DNA of 61,949 nucleotides, the filler included, from Dirinaria sp. TL-2023a (taxonomy: Eukaryota), in NCBI GenBank assembly GCA_051941275.1. It is 6 parts of 6 records of this genome, joined end to end, with 100 filler letters (N's around TTAATTAATTAA, not from the genome) between each part and the next. Parts side by side here need not be neighbours in the genome. Positions count along the whole stretch, not along the records: positions 41,380 to 51,614 come from JAVEBF010000962.1; positions 51,715 to 61,949 come from JAVEBF010000963.1; 4 more parts are not named here. One strand, written 5' to 3'. A model generated the notes under the pieces. That model worked only from the letters and a program-made list of their open reading frames with translations, was not told the origin of the DNA and did no database searches. Shown piece by piece: positions 48,233-60,400 of this stretch (its first letter is position 1; each line of letters opens with the position of its first letter). Both the position numbers and the translations under genes were made by a program.

Positions 48233-51200
48233 ATGGCGGCTGCGTCAGAAGGTCGTGCCAGTCCAACCTCCCAAGTCCGAGCCACACCTGGCGCATATCC
48301 CTCCAACCCCAGTGACGCAGGCGCGCCAACCATCGTATCCACCCAGCTGTCCTTGTCACAAGCAGTTTATCAACGCCGAAGCGAGTTCACGAGGTCCTAT
48401 ACCGTAAAGGTCAAGGTGGGAACATGGAATGTGGCATCTTTGAGTGGGACAGAGGAAGATATTGGAGCCTGGTTCGTTGAAGGGAAAGGACTATCAGAGT
48501 CCTTGAATGGCGCCGCAGTAGGAAAAAGTAGCAGGTCCACAGAAGATGGCAGAGATCAATCAGAGATCACTGCAGATGTCGAGTCACCAACATCGCAACA
48601 GAATGGGCGCTCAAAGGATCATGAGACACCTCATACGAACGACCTGACCTATCTGCCCGGGGGCAAAGATATTGGGCTCTATGTACTTGGCTTGCAAGAG
48701 ATTGTCGACGTATCGTCCCCTACAGAAGCCTTACGACCCTACACCGACCCACATCCGGCAAAGAAATGGAAGCGAGCAGTAGCAGAAGCTTTGCCGGAGG
48801 GCTACCGCCTAGTGGCCGAGCAACAGCTTATCGGCCTCTTCCTGGTGATTTATGCTTCGCCTGCACTGGCTCCACAGATATCCTCAGTCAGTACGACAAG
48901 CGTTGGAACTGGTCTAATGGGCAAAATGGGCAATAAAGGTGCTGTGACAGCTCGCATTGTATTGGGCGAGACGACGCGCATGGTTTTCATTGACAGCCAT
49001 CTGAGCGCCGGAGTAGAGAAGGGTAATCTGGAAAGGAGGAATTGGGATGCCTCACAAATTGTGAAAAACACCAAATTTGACCCTGTTTTTGATGGCTCAG
49101 GCGTCATGGAGGAGTTTGGCGAGAGTATCGGAGATGAAGACTTCGCCTTTTGGTTTGGGGATCTCAATTACAGGTTAGAAAGCTTGCCCGGAGACGATGT
49201 CCGGCGTCTTTTGATGCTGCATACACGAAAAGAGTTCGGCAGAGAGCAGAAGTCTAGGAAGAGTATCGATTCCGAGCTCGACAGCCCAAGATCCCCCGTC
49301 GCCATACGCGATGGGCATTTTGTTGATGTCGACCCGGATGATGATACGTCTTCCGCGAGTACCAATGCCGACTCTTCCCTTGTAGCCCCTCCATCTTTAC
49401 TGGAATCCTCTGATGGAGGACATATTGAGCCTGCAATCGACCCTACTTCTCTTCAGGCAACACTATCCTCCTTGCTGCCGCACGATGAATTGCATGCTCA
49501 AATGCGTGGCCGGAAAGCTTTCTATGACGGTTGGCGGGAGGGACCGATCGATTTCCTACCAACTTACAAGTATGATGTTGGAAGCGTTGGAGTATTCGAT
49601 TCAAGCGAAAAACGAAGAGGCCCAAGCTGGTGCGATCGAATACTATACCGAACTCGGAAAGACAAATTGGCCTTTGATAAGATGGTCCGTGAAGAGAACG
49701 AAGCTAAGAGGGCGGAAGAGCAAATGAGGGCAAGAGGCATAGACAAGGAGGCTGAAGAAGAGGCTGTTCTGTTTGACTACGATCCTGAGACCGACGCGGA
49801 CAATGACTATCAAGAAGACGATCATGTTGGCGATGGTGCTGAGCTGGTGGAGACCAAAGCCGGCTTTGAAGATGTCCTCCATCTAGATTACTACACCTCT
49901 CATCAACGGGTACTTTCTTCTGACCACAAACCTCTGGATGCCGTGTTTACCCTAACGTACAATGCCGTTGACCCTGAGCTCAAAGCCAAGGTACATCAGG
50001 AGGTCGCCCGAGAACTTGATAAGGCCGAAAATGAAGGCCGGCCCGTCGTCACAGTTGTCATCGATCATCATCACGACCATGAAGACGATTCTGCAGTTGA
50101 CTCACCTCGCTTTGAGGGTATCAATTATGGCCATATCAAATACAATCATCCTAAAACAAGAAACATTACCATCGCTAATACTGGTCGAGTGCCAGCTACA
50201 GTTGGATTCATAGACAGGCCTGTCGACATCGGGCAGCCGAGCGGTGTTGCACCCCCTTGGCTTGCAATACGCTTTGATCGTGCAAGCGACAACCATAACA
50301 ATAATCCTGGATCCGCTAGACAATATACGCTGGAGCCTGGGGACGCCACCAATGTAGAGCTGACTGTACTTGTCTCGGACACAAAGCGTGTACAGCAGTT
50401 GAATGAAGGACAACAGAAGCTGGAAGACGTTCTTGTATTGCGGATTGAAAATGGCCGTGACTATTTCTTGCCTTTGCGTGGCGTCTGGCTGCAGTCTTCG
50501 TTCGGACGTTCTATAGACAAGTTGATACGCATTCCCGAAGGCGGAATTAGAAAGCTACAGCATCAGCGACCTGACGATAGTAACCATAGCGGTGAAGTAA
50601 GGTGGTCGGCCCCGAGGGAAATCTTCCGGCTGACCGAAGCGATAGAAGAACTCGTCGAAAGGTCGATAGCGGAATGGGGAATGAGAGGTGAAGATGCCAG
50701 TCCTCCTTGGAACGACTCAAGCTGGCCGTTCATTGCACAGGCGATCCGTAGTAATCAACACGAATTGCTGAAAGCTCGGATGCAAGAGGCACTTGACACT
50801 GATCAGCCGTTCCGCGATCTAGTGCCACTCGAAGCTAGCGCGTTGCAGCGGCTTGAGGCCTTCGCGGATACATTGATGACATTCCTCGAAAGTCTTGAAG
50901 ATGGCGTGATAACGGCAAATTTGTGGTCACAAGTGGAGAGTGGCTTGCTGGATCGCGAGAAGTCAAAGCAACCATTGCGGCCTGAGGAAGAGCGGATGCA
51001 GATCCTCGAGATTCTATCATCGTCGCCTCCCCATAACATCTCATTCACACTGATCACCTTCATGCTTTCACGGGTGGCAAACGAGTTAACACCTGCTGAT
51101 TCCACAGCTGAGGTGCCTACAACTGGGAATGCACCACAGTCTCCGAAAGAAAGAAATGGTCGGAACCAGCTCAGCACCAGGAGATCTGAAGTGGTTGCTT

Positions 51201-51334
51201 CGTACGCCGCTATCTTCGCCCACGTCATCATTCGATCGCCGGAAGGGCTGAAAGACAAAGAGCGAAAAGCGAGCGAAGTAAGGAAGAAACATGTAATAGA
51301 GCTGTTCGTGAGAGCGAGCTCGGAAGGAAGTTAA
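48233..51334 (+). CDS. Inositol polyphosphate 5-phosphatase, OCRL/INPP5B-like architecture, 1033 aa
   Basis: Motifs GTWNV, LGLQEIVD, GNKGAV, SHLSA, FWFGDLNYRL, FLPTYKYD, PSWCDRIL, SSDHKP. These are followed by an ASH-like segment (ITIANTGRVPATVGF; LEDVLVLRIENGRDYFL) and a helical RhoGAP-like region. Confidence 0.93.
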   Translation: MAAASEGRASPTSQVRATPGAYPSNPSDAGAPTIVSTQLSLSQAVYQRRSEFTRSYTVKVKVGTWNVASLSGTEEDIGAWFVEGKGLSESLNGAAVGKSSRSTEDGRDQSEITADVESPTSQQNGRSKDHETPHTNDLTYLPGGKDIGLYVLGLQEIVDVSSPTEALRPYTDPHPAKKWKRAVAEALPEGYRLVAEQQLIGLFLVIYASPALAPQISSVSTTSVGTGLMGKMGNKGAVTARIVLGETTRMVFIDSHLSAGVEKGNLERRNWDASQIVKNTKFDPVFDGSGVMEEFGESIGDEDFAFWFGDLNYRLESLPGDDVRRLLMLHTRKEFGREQKSRKSIDSELDSPRSPVAIRDGHFVDVDPDDDTSSASTNADSSLVAPPSLLESSDGGHIEPAIDPTSLQATLSSLLPHDELHAQMRGRKAFYDGWREGPIDFLPTYKYDVGSVGVFDSSEKRRGPSWCDRILYRTRKDKLAFDKMVREENEAKRAEEQMRARGIDKEAEEEAVLFDYDPETDADNDYQEDDHVGDGAELVETKAGFEDVLHLDYYTSHQRVLSSDHKPLDAVFTLTYNAVDPELKAKVHQEVARELDKAENEGRPVVTVVIDHHHDHEDDSAVDSPRFEGINYGHIKYNHPKTRNITIANTGRVPATVGFIDRPVDIGQPSGVAPPWLAIRFDRASDNHNNNPGSARQYTLEPGDATNVELTVLVSDTKRVQQLNEGQQKLEDVLVLRIENGRDYFLPLRGVWLQSSFGRSIDKLIRIPEGGIRKLQHQRPDDSNHSGEVRWSAPREIFRLTEAIEELVERSIAEWGMRGEDASPPWNDSSWPFIAQAIRSNQHELLKARMQEALDTDQPFRDLVPLEASALQRLEAFADTLMTFLESLEDGVITANLWSQVESGLLDREKSKQPLRPEEERMQILEILSSSPPHNISFTLITFMLSRVANELTPADSTAEVPTTGNAPQSPKERNGRNQLSTRRSEVVASYAAIFAHVIIRSPEGLKDKERKASEVRKKHVIELFVRASSEGS

Positions 51335-51614
51335 ATATCTATACGCACCGCCGTTGATAGCACGACGAAGCATCGTTAAATTAACAAACAATGATGATGG
51401 GTGATGAGTTTAAGAGGAAACCTTAGCTCCTATCCTATTTCCGTATCAATCATTCCATTTGCAATTCTTTCGACCTAGCCTGAAACCTCTAAATCTCAGT
51501 GCCATTAAAAAAAAATCGGAAAAGGGGGACAAACCCAAAACCCCCTTCCAAAACCACCAAAAACCCACAACCTGCCCCCTGAGCTTCGACACACCCAGTC
51601 CTCCAACGCATCAC

Positions 51615-51714
51615 NNNNNNNNNNNNNNNNNNNNNNNNNNNNNNNNNNNNNNNNNNNNTTAATTAATTAANNNNNNNNNNNNNNNNNNNNNNNNNNNNNN
51701 NNNNNNNNNNNNNN
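51615..51714. other. Artificial contig-join spacer
   Basis: N44-TTAATTAATTAA-N44. Confidence 0.99.
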
Positions 51715-51820
51715 GAACTTGCACCATTTGCATCAACTTTTTTGGCCACCACGAAGTATTCTCTACAGTGAAAATTCGTCATTTCAAACTTGAAGATATT
51801 GGACCGTAAACACTGCAATA

Positions 51821-53325
51821 ATGTCCCCAAAAAAAAGTTGTAGGCGCTATATCTACTTGTGCTAAACAAGTACCGCAACTGATGCTGACTACCTGGCAGC
51901 GGATCGTAGCCGAGTGTTTTTTGATATTGAAATCAAAGGAAACAAAGAAGGCCGAATTACATTCGAATTAGTAAGTAGTACGCAGTCCATTCGAATTATC
52001 TCTCCTGGGACTACTCCCTGTAGACCTCGTTGTGATTGACCCAGCCTGGGGACTGACCATCTCTAGTACGACGATGGTAAGAATATGAAGCGTGACTGAT
52101 AAGAGTAGATTGAATATTACTGATCAAACTTCTGCCCAGTTGTCCCGAAGACCACCGAGAACTTCCGTGCATTATGTACAGGCGAGAAAGGCGTAGGAAA
52201 ATCGGGAAAGCCGCTGAGCTATAAAGGTCTGTATAGCAGCAATCGTATTGTTTGGCGAGGCGTGACAGTGTTGTAACACTGAGTACAGGCTCAATTTTTC
52301 ACCGCGTCATCAAAGCGTTCATGTTGCAGGGTGGTGACTTCACGGCTGGCAATGGCACGGGGGGGGAGTCTATCTATGGCGAGAAATTCGAAGACGAAAA
52401 CTTTCAAATCAAGCACTCTAAGCCATTTCTCTTGTCAATGGCCAATGCAGGACCAGGTTCGCCTTCCCAGCGCTCCTTTGGCTCCCTTTTACTGTCTCTA
52501 ACGTAGGGATCAGGCACCAATGGGTCTCAGTTCTTCATAACTACGGTCCCCACTCCGCATCTTGACGGCAAGCACGTTGTTTTCGGTGAAGTATTGGATG
52601 GCAAGAGCCTTGTGCGTAAGATCGAAGGTCTTCCCACCCAGAACGACAAGCCAACGAAAGATGTCACTATCGTTGGTAAGTCTTGACCTCCCAATTGCAA
52701 CAAGCAAGATTCATGTTGGGCATTAGACTGCGGCCAATTATCTGGAGATGAAGCTTCAAAGGCGACAGAGAAGGTGCCAGACAGTACTGGGGACCCTTAC
52801 GAGGACTTTCCTGAAGATCAGGGACAAGAGCTCAAAGCTCCCGAGATCTTGAAGATTGCGACAGAGTGTAAAGATTTCGGCAACAAAGCCTTCAAGGAAG
52901 GCGACCTGAACCTCGGCCTTGACAAATACCAAAAGGGGATCCGCTACCTTAACGAGCACCCCGAAGTCACGGCGGAGGACCCACCGGAACTCTCCGGCAA
53001 ATTGACAAGTCTCCGCTTCAGCCTGCATTCGAACTCTTCGCTGCTGCAAATCAAGCTTAAGGCCTTTGATGATGCGTACAAGAGCGCCACTAATGCAACA
53101 GAACTTTCGAAGATTCCCGACCCAGACAAAGTCAAAGCATATTACCGCAAAGGGCTTGCGAGTGAAGGCTTGAAGGATGATGATCAGGCTATTGAAGCTT
53201 ATGAGCGGGCTTTCAGCCTGGCTCCGAACGACCCGGCTATTTCTAAGCAACTCGCGGCTGTCAAGAAGAAAGCAGCAGAACAAGCAAAGAAGGAAAAGGC
53301 CGCATATAAGAAGTTCTTCCAGTAG
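51821..53325 (+). CDS. CPR6: Cyclophilin 40/D (PPIase plus TPR Hsp90 co-chaperone), 7 exons
   Basis: Exons about 51821-51839, 51900-51970, 52067-52076, 52140-52225, 52289-52456, 52514-52675, 52727-53325. Motifs [59 protein letters not shown], then TPRs ending [10 protein letters not shown]. The first exon is the least certain. Confidence 0.94.
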
Positions 53326-53671
53326 TAACAGGCTCACACTGTCGGTAAAGTGCCAGCACAGCGAGGTGTTCTGCCATTGTAGCTACTTTCAGTGCATGAA
53401 TCATAGAAGAAATGCATATGATCAAAAGCTTTGGGATAATTTCAACAATGCAGAGCATGTGCGACCCTGATTTGTTCAAATGATGTACATGATGTCAAAA
53501 GCAATCCCATTTCCACGCTATGCAGGAGCGGCTGAAATACGAATACCACCGGTCTGAAAGCGACACGAGAGGTTCGTGCATATTGGCTCTCACCCCGAAT
53601 CGTCTACGCCGTTCCCGGACAGCGCTGGCAGGTGTTCGGAGCGATTGCAGTCTGGTTGCTAAACCCGAATT

Positions 53672-54289
53672 CTACCCATCCCGTCCCCAGAGCTCTCTCC
53701 TCTTCTGTCTGTCCTCTCTGGCCTCCCTTCTCTTTCGACCCCACTTCTCTTTGACCTGCTCCAATGCTGCTTTCTGGCGTTCTACCCTCTCTTTCGGAGC
53801 ACGGCAGACCATGCCAATGAAGAATGGCGCGCATTCAAACTGTTTGGCCAGTTTATTTTGCGTCCACTTATTGGGGTCCTGGGTCCGTAATCGCCTGATT
53901 TCCTCAATGTCCTGCTCGCGAAGATGGTACGCTTTCTCCGCAGGCTGGCGTATGGCAGGCGGGAGGTCTCGAGCGGGATCATTGTACGGGTTGGCGTGCT
54001 GGTGTGACTGGGAAAGGAGCTCGCGGCGAGGGTCGTTGGGCGGGAGAAATGCGGCCGGGGTCTGGTACGGCGATGGCGCCGACGCGGGAGGATTGAAGAC
54101 AATGTGATCGCGGATCTGCGAAGGGGATAAAGAGGCCGTGAAGGACGGATCCGGTTTTGTTCGTAATTTCTTGGTGGTTCGGCGCGCGGTGGACTCGTGT
54201 CTTCGAGAAGCTTGACGAAAGAGCGCAGTGGAAGACGAAAAGACAGACGAGAATGTGGCGGGGGCCCGCCGATGGGCGATGATGCTCAT
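53672..54289 (-). CDS. MRPL20: Mitochondrial ribosomal protein mL58 (MrpL20)
   Basis: Arg/Ser-rich presequence, then VFNPPASAPSPYQTP..FLP, YHLREQDIEEIRRLR..DPNKWT..LAKQFECAPFFI and a basic C-terminal helix. Confidence 0.85.
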   Translation of the reverse strand: MSIIAHRRAPATFSSVFSSSTALFRQASRRHESTARRTTKKLRTKPDPSFTASLSPSQIRDHIVFNPPASAPSPYQTPAAFLPPNDPRRELLSQSHQHANPYNDPARDLPPAIRQPAEKAYHLREQDIEEIRRLRTQDPNKWTQNKLAKQFECAPFFIGMVCRAPKERVERQKAALEQVKEKWGRKRREAREDRQKRRELWGRDG

Positions 54290-54894
54290 CTCATTGGGAA
54301 TCAGTGTTTGGTGTAATCGCAGCAACTACCTCTAATATGTACACGAGCACGGCAAAGGCAAACCCAAGGTCTCCCAGTAGTAAAGTAGTGCTCGGATAAG
54401 ATGCAACCCTTCCATTTCTTGGCATTAAATGCCTACTACGGAATACGGCACTTTATTATTGCCCACGCGGCCACGCCGGGCTCAATCAAGATGACGCTAA
54501 AAAACACTCGGGCCACCAGGCCGTCATTTCCCCCATCTTGCAGTCACGAACCTGAGACGTGGCCCTCACCGTCACTCTTCACTGGGACTGTGAAAAGGGC
54601 AATTCATATGTTGCATATTTTGATCGCTTGTGTCGTCCCATCCCTCTCTTCCTCAACTCTGCATGGTTTTATCCCGTCTCGCCAATTTTTTACTCCCTGC
54701 GAGCTCTGAGGAGAAACTCATGGTGTAGGTCAGTAGTTGCCGCAATTCATATTCATCCTCGCCTCCCAGCTGCTGGGTCCTGAGATATGGCAGAAATCAT
54801 AAATAATCGCTTATACTGGCCAAGTGCTGCAGAACATTGGGTCGGACGATCGGTAGATTTCAAGTCAAGAACCGTTGCCGAAAGACCGGTCAAG

Positions 54895-56031
54895 ATGACT
54901 TCTACTGTAAATGAACCGACAGGGTCGAATGGCAGCGAATCTCGTTCACGCATGTCCTCAGTCCCATTACTGGGAGAAGGGTTCTCCGAATCAACGAACA
55001 GAGCCTCAGGCTCCAAGCGTGAACCGATAAAGGAGGCGAAGGATGGATCAGAGATCGATTCAAGAACAGGCAGACGAAGGTTCTGGGGTCTGGGCAAAAA
55101 GAAGGAAGACGACAGAACGAAGAAGAACCGCCAAGCTACCCTCGCCAATGCTTCTCAAACAGATGCATCCATGCCAGCAATGCGGCCGGTGTCGCCAGTA
55201 CACCCACCTGGGGTCGCGCACACCGTTGGAACTGCTTCTCATCCATACGGTTCGCCCGCGTCACCTGGCCGGAATCTTCCATCGTCGTCATCTCATGTAC
55301 CCTCTCCAGCTTCGTCGCAGATCTTTGAACGTAATGTTCAAGAAGAGGGTCCACTCGTTGCAACCTCCCCTGCCATTCCAGGACACATCACCACTGAAAA
55401 CCACATACCTCCGGCCCTGGATGCATCCACTGAAGCTATTACCGATAACCATTTAGACCCGGATCATGTGGAAATAGTAACTCATGTAGCACACCAGCCG
55501 GCTGCTGTTACCGTGACTGGCGCTGCGCCTGGCGAAGTGTCGGGTCTCACATCGCAAGATGACCTGGTGGCCCGGTCGGAACCTGAGGATACAGCGTCGA
55601 ATTACGGAGCCTTGGATGTCAACGACGTCAGACGGCTTAGCTTCATCTCCTTTGCAGATGTCATGCACGCAGAACATGCTGACCATGCTGGGATGCGCGA
55701 CAATGACCATCTTTCAGGCACGTCCAGTGTAGCCCCAATGACTTCGCTAAACCGTTCCCCCTCACCCGTTTTATCTCCAGTATCTTCGCACGGAATGGGA
55801 GGCACTCCGCCGACCAGTGGGTCGGCGTCTTTCAAGGGATTGGACTCTTCTCCGAGCCGAGGAACGGGGCCTCTTGGAAGTCAACATTCCGGCCCTAGCC
55901 CTCCGACTGGAGGCGAGCTGACCATTGAAACGATGAGGCAAGCGCTGAGGAAAACCGGGAGTGGCGATTTGAGCGGCGCCAGAAGCCAGCCGATTAGCGC
56001 GGTTGGAGGCGACGAGACTATTGTGGAGTAA
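54895..56031 (+). CDS. Uncharacterised Ser/Pro-rich fungal protein (start at 54895 or 54787)
   Basis: Long intronless ORF with conserved-looking blocks SQIFERNVQE, HIPPALDASTEAIT, RRLSFISFAD, TIETMRQALRKT. Confidence 0.8.
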   Translation: MTSTVNEPTGSNGSESRSRMSSVPLLGEGFSESTNRASGSKREPIKEAKDGSEIDSRTGRRRFWGLGKKKEDDRTKKNRQATLANASQTDASMPAMRPVSPVHPPGVAHTVGTASHPYGSPASPGRNLPSSSSHVPSPASSQIFERNVQEEGPLVATSPAIPGHITTENHIPPALDASTEAITDNHLDPDHVEIVTHVAHQPAAVTVTGAAPGEVSGLTSQDDLVARSEPEDTASNYGALDVNDVRRLSFISFADVMHAEHADHAGMRDNDHLSGTSSVAPMTSLNRSPSPVLSPVSSHGMGGTPPTSGSASFKGLDSSPSRGTGPLGSQHSGPSPPTGGELTIETMRQALRKTGSGDLSGARSQPISAVGGDETIVE

Positions 56032-57488
56032 TTCGTTCAAGGAACATCTCCGATAACAACAATAGTTCGCTTGAGGACGTCCGATAGGATGCGGGGACGG
56101 GCGTCAGGGCCAAGGTTCGGTTTCTATACCTATCTTGATATGAGGACATATAGTTAAGGTTCTACGATGCGATTCCTGAAAACGAAGGTACAATCATGAT
56201 GGTTACACGGCTACGTTTCTCGACGCAATAATTTTCCTGTCAAATACCCAATTGATTTGCTTCTACATTTGCGTTTGCTTCGGTGATCGCGATGGCGTAC
56301 CGATTCGAATAATAGGGGCCTAATTTTCATTTGATGCGCTCGACAGAGCTAGCTGGTTAATGGATCCATGTTTTCACTTTCGCCAGACTAATGCTATTGA
56401 ATATTATCTGCTGAAAAGCGTTTGTGTATGTACGCCAATCTCTCGCCCAATTTCCAGGCAGAGCCGCTGCGGCAATAATGTTTGACCATGAGCTGTTACA
56501 GTAGTACAGATGAGGTCCTAAGTTCAATGCTCATCACAGCTCTTGGCTGCCAGCTCATGGATGCCAGAGTAAGGTAGTACCGAACTTTGACAAGGAATTG
56601 CACGGAGCTAAAAAGGATTTTGATACGTTCGGGGGGCGGATACAGCTTGCTTTGCGAGCTGGCGTGGGCGAGGGTCGAGGGAAAGCAAGAGTCAAGCCAC
56701 ACCAGAGAAGCGGACGCCGGACAATCCAACCTGTTTCAAGTGCTTCCAGGCGAAGAATCAGACCACCCCCTAGAGCGCCTAAAGTCCTTCTAGTCTTTGG
56801 CCTACTCTAATCACGTCTTAGGCCCGGATAATAAAGGCGCCTCCTCCATCAATTGATGCTAGTAATCCCTGTGCCCAGTTGCCAAGCTAGCCTTCACTAG
56901 ACAGTGCTGAACCTCGAAAAGACGAGACGAGGACGACTGTCAATACTATAACTTTTATAAATCGCTGCAAGCCTTTCCTCGACTTCCTGTCTCTCCTTCG
57001 CCCCAAGGCCAGGCACTGTACCTCGGGAGGAAGCTGGAAAATCTCGGATGGCCTCATGTACGACCGCTCCTAGACGCACGATGCTGCCTTATGCTTTTGT
57101 GCGACTGCGGTGATAGAATTGTGGGAGACTGTAAGTTAGCCTTCTGCCTGCACATAGATGTCGCAGTTTTACAAGCCTTGACACCGCTGAGGCGCTGTAG
57201 GTCGACACGCACATGAGAATTGGCAGTCTCACGAGCGCCCCGGGTTGCAAACTCTCCTCCTGTTCGCTTGCACCAGAACTGGTCGAGCAGCATAGCTCAT
57301 TTCAAGCCTAACCTGGTCACGCTCCTAACATAACGCGCGGTTCTATTTCACCTTGAGCAGCAAACCTTATGTGCCAGCTACCCACACCAGATGCGACCAA
57401 ATACAAACCCGACCAAGGAGCATCTCGGAGATAGCCTCAAGAGGCTGTCCGACTGTAAAGAGGGACGACCCTATCAAGGAGCTGCAAA

Positions 57489-60400
57489 ATGGAAGCCGGA
57501 ACCCTGAATAAGCAGCGCAATGGCCACAAGCGTCACTCAGGAATACAAGAATACAACGACGGCCAGAGCATTCAGCGTCGCACAAGCAAGAAAACCTCTT
57601 CACGAGATAGACACGGGCAGGTATACCCAGACGACATTGCCGTCACGGCTGTGACGTCTGAACCTGCTCCTATGACAATCGTCGAGCGGCGCCTCTCTGG
57701 GGTTGAAGCTTTTCCGCCAGCAAGGACTGGGACCCCACAAGTGGCTGGACGCCGTAGTCCCCATCCACGATCTCGGGACGGCACTCCACAAGCTCGGTAT
57801 AACGGGCAAACCCCTCTGAACAGCAATGATAGGCTTTCCTATTCCAGACCGAGGACTCGTACCCTCGAAGAGCGTTTTATGGAGAAGTCCCCATCTTCGC
57901 TAATGTCCAAATCACGGCAGCGCGTCGGATCGCTGCATTGCCCCCCACCTTTAGACGCGGTTCCCTCCATTGGCTACCCTTCTGTCATTCCTTCTCCTCC
58001 GCTTGAGTCTCAAGTTCAGGGAGACCGACGTCGGCTTGTCAAACCACATTCGCGACCATTGTCGCCCATCAGGAACGCGTCTGCGACTACGCGCAGTACA
58101 CCTCAATCGTCCCCTACGGACGCCAGCAAAATTCTCCAACTGATGAAAATCACTTGCGGAAGAATGCATGGTATCTTGTCTTTCCGTACCTCAGCACTTG
58201 GACAGTGGTCCACAGGATATTGTGCCATCAACGTGGCAACGGGCAGCCTGATCTACCAGAAACAAGGTGACGTTTCACATGCAAAGACGCTAATCCATGA
58301 TCTTCGAGGATGCCAAGTGAGAACTCTATATGATAAAGAGTCTCGTTCGAGTTTCTTAGATGTAGCTACACGATCGTCGAGTACAGGGATCCATCTGCGC
58401 CCACACGTCCCGGAAACTTTCGACCAGTGGTTAGCCGCACTTCTTTGTTGGCAACCGATCAGGCCCAAAGGCGTACAGAATAAGATGACCAAACCTGCGT
58501 CGCCTCTAGTATCCGGACCGAGACAAACTCCGCTCTCGGAGCGCAGACTGGGCGATCGTCGACGGAATTCCGAGATTCTTGTTCCCTCCAAAGACGCTGC
58601 GATCATAAAGGTAGGCAATTTGCTGATGTGGGACAAAGATCACAAACCAGGACCCTCAGTTCCTCTCAGCCCCCACAGAGCGTCAACATACCGACACCAG
58701 AAATCGATATCGACAGCGTGGCGTAAAGTCTCGTGCACCTTGCAAGAAAATGGGCATTTCAAGCTTTTTAAGGAGTCTGATGTCACTCTTTTGGCTGTTA
58801 TTCCGTTATCCGAATTATCTCGGTGCGCAATTCAGCGCCTCGATCCCTCGGTCCTAGACGATGGGTTTTCTCTTGCAATCTACCCGCGATACACGGCGGC
58901 AATGAAAGCAACGCCCAAGGTGCACACTATATACCTGTCGATGGAGTCACGCGTGCTTTTTGAAGTTTGGTTCGTGCTTCTGCGGGCATTCACGATACCA
59001 GAGTTGTATGGGCCTGAACCAAAAGCAGCAGATGCCTATCTCGGACCCTTTGAATCTGCTAGCGTTGTAGCCAAAAACTCGGTTTCTGATATGTTCCGCG
59101 TCGAAAGGCTACTCTCCGTTCGTATCATCGAAGCCAAGATGCACTCGACTTCCAAGAGCCACACTCGTGGCAATGCTGTACAATCTCGGTCACGTCCAGC
59201 CAGCAAAGATAATTCTATTTCTGGGAATTACTTTGCCGAGGTACAGATAGATGGCGAAGTGAAGGGGAAGACGCAAGTCAAGAACGATACAAGTAACCCG
59301 TTCTGGAGAGAAGATTTCGAGCTGGTAGATCTACCTGCGATACTGTCAGAAGCTTCGATATCTTTGAAATCTCGAAACGCCTCCCAGAGAGACTGGACGC
59401 TCGTTGCACACAGTCCATACAACATTGAGCATGAAAACATAAATCCCTTGTCCGTTGTGGGAGATATCGAGGTGTCGCCACTGGATCTAACGTATGGAAA
59501 GGTGGACTTCCGCTTTGACGATCTGGAAAGGTCCACAGACCTGGAAAAATGGTGGCCTATCATGAATGAGCATGGCGAGGTCGTGGGAGAATTGCTGATG
59601 AAGATAAGGATTGATGAACTGGTGGTTCTCACTGGCCGGGATTACCAACCCTTGTCAGAGCTCGTTCATGCTTTCTCTACAGGCTTGACGAACCAAATTG
59701 CTCAAGCGATTCATTCGGAGCTCAAGCGCTTGTCGGAGATTATGCTCAACATCTTCCAAGTTTCTGCTCAAGCCAGCGACTGGATCATGTCGCTGGTAGA
59801 AGATGAGATTGACAACGTCCACAAAGAAACGCCAGTGACGAAATATAGGTATGGGCGCCGCATTGCGTCAAACGATTCCCATGAGTCCGGTGTAGACAGA
59901 GAATTGCTCCTGCGAGATTTAGGCAAATCTGCCACCTCAGAGGCAAATTTGCTTTTTAGAGGCAACACCTTACTCACCAAAGCTCTCGATGCCCACATGC
60001 AGCGATTAGGCAAAGAGTATCTCGAAGACACCTTGAGCGAACAGATGCGCGACATTGACGAGAGTGACCCTGAGTGCGAGGTCGATCCCAATCGGGTCCA
60101 CAATCCGCATGATCTAGAGCGCAATTGGCAGAACCTAATAGCTCTTACTGAGAACTTATGGAAGTCTATATTCGCATCAGCGAACCGTTGCCCGCCAGAG
60201 TTGCGAATGATTTTTCGGCATATCCGTGCATGTGCTGATGACCGCTATGGAAACTTCCACAGGACTGTGACCTACAGTAGTGTCTCCGGCTTCCTTTTTC
60301 TACGATTCTTTGTGCCTGCTGTCTTGAACCCAAAGCTTTTCGGCCTACTAAAAGGTTGGTAATCTTTCTTTCTTTTCCAGAAAACCCGTCAGCTAATGGC

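Noticed and set aside
60355..60380. Alternative in-frame acceptor in the RasGAP intron
   Set aside because: It would leave a 26-nt intron with no branch point; the GCTAAT branch supports 60407.
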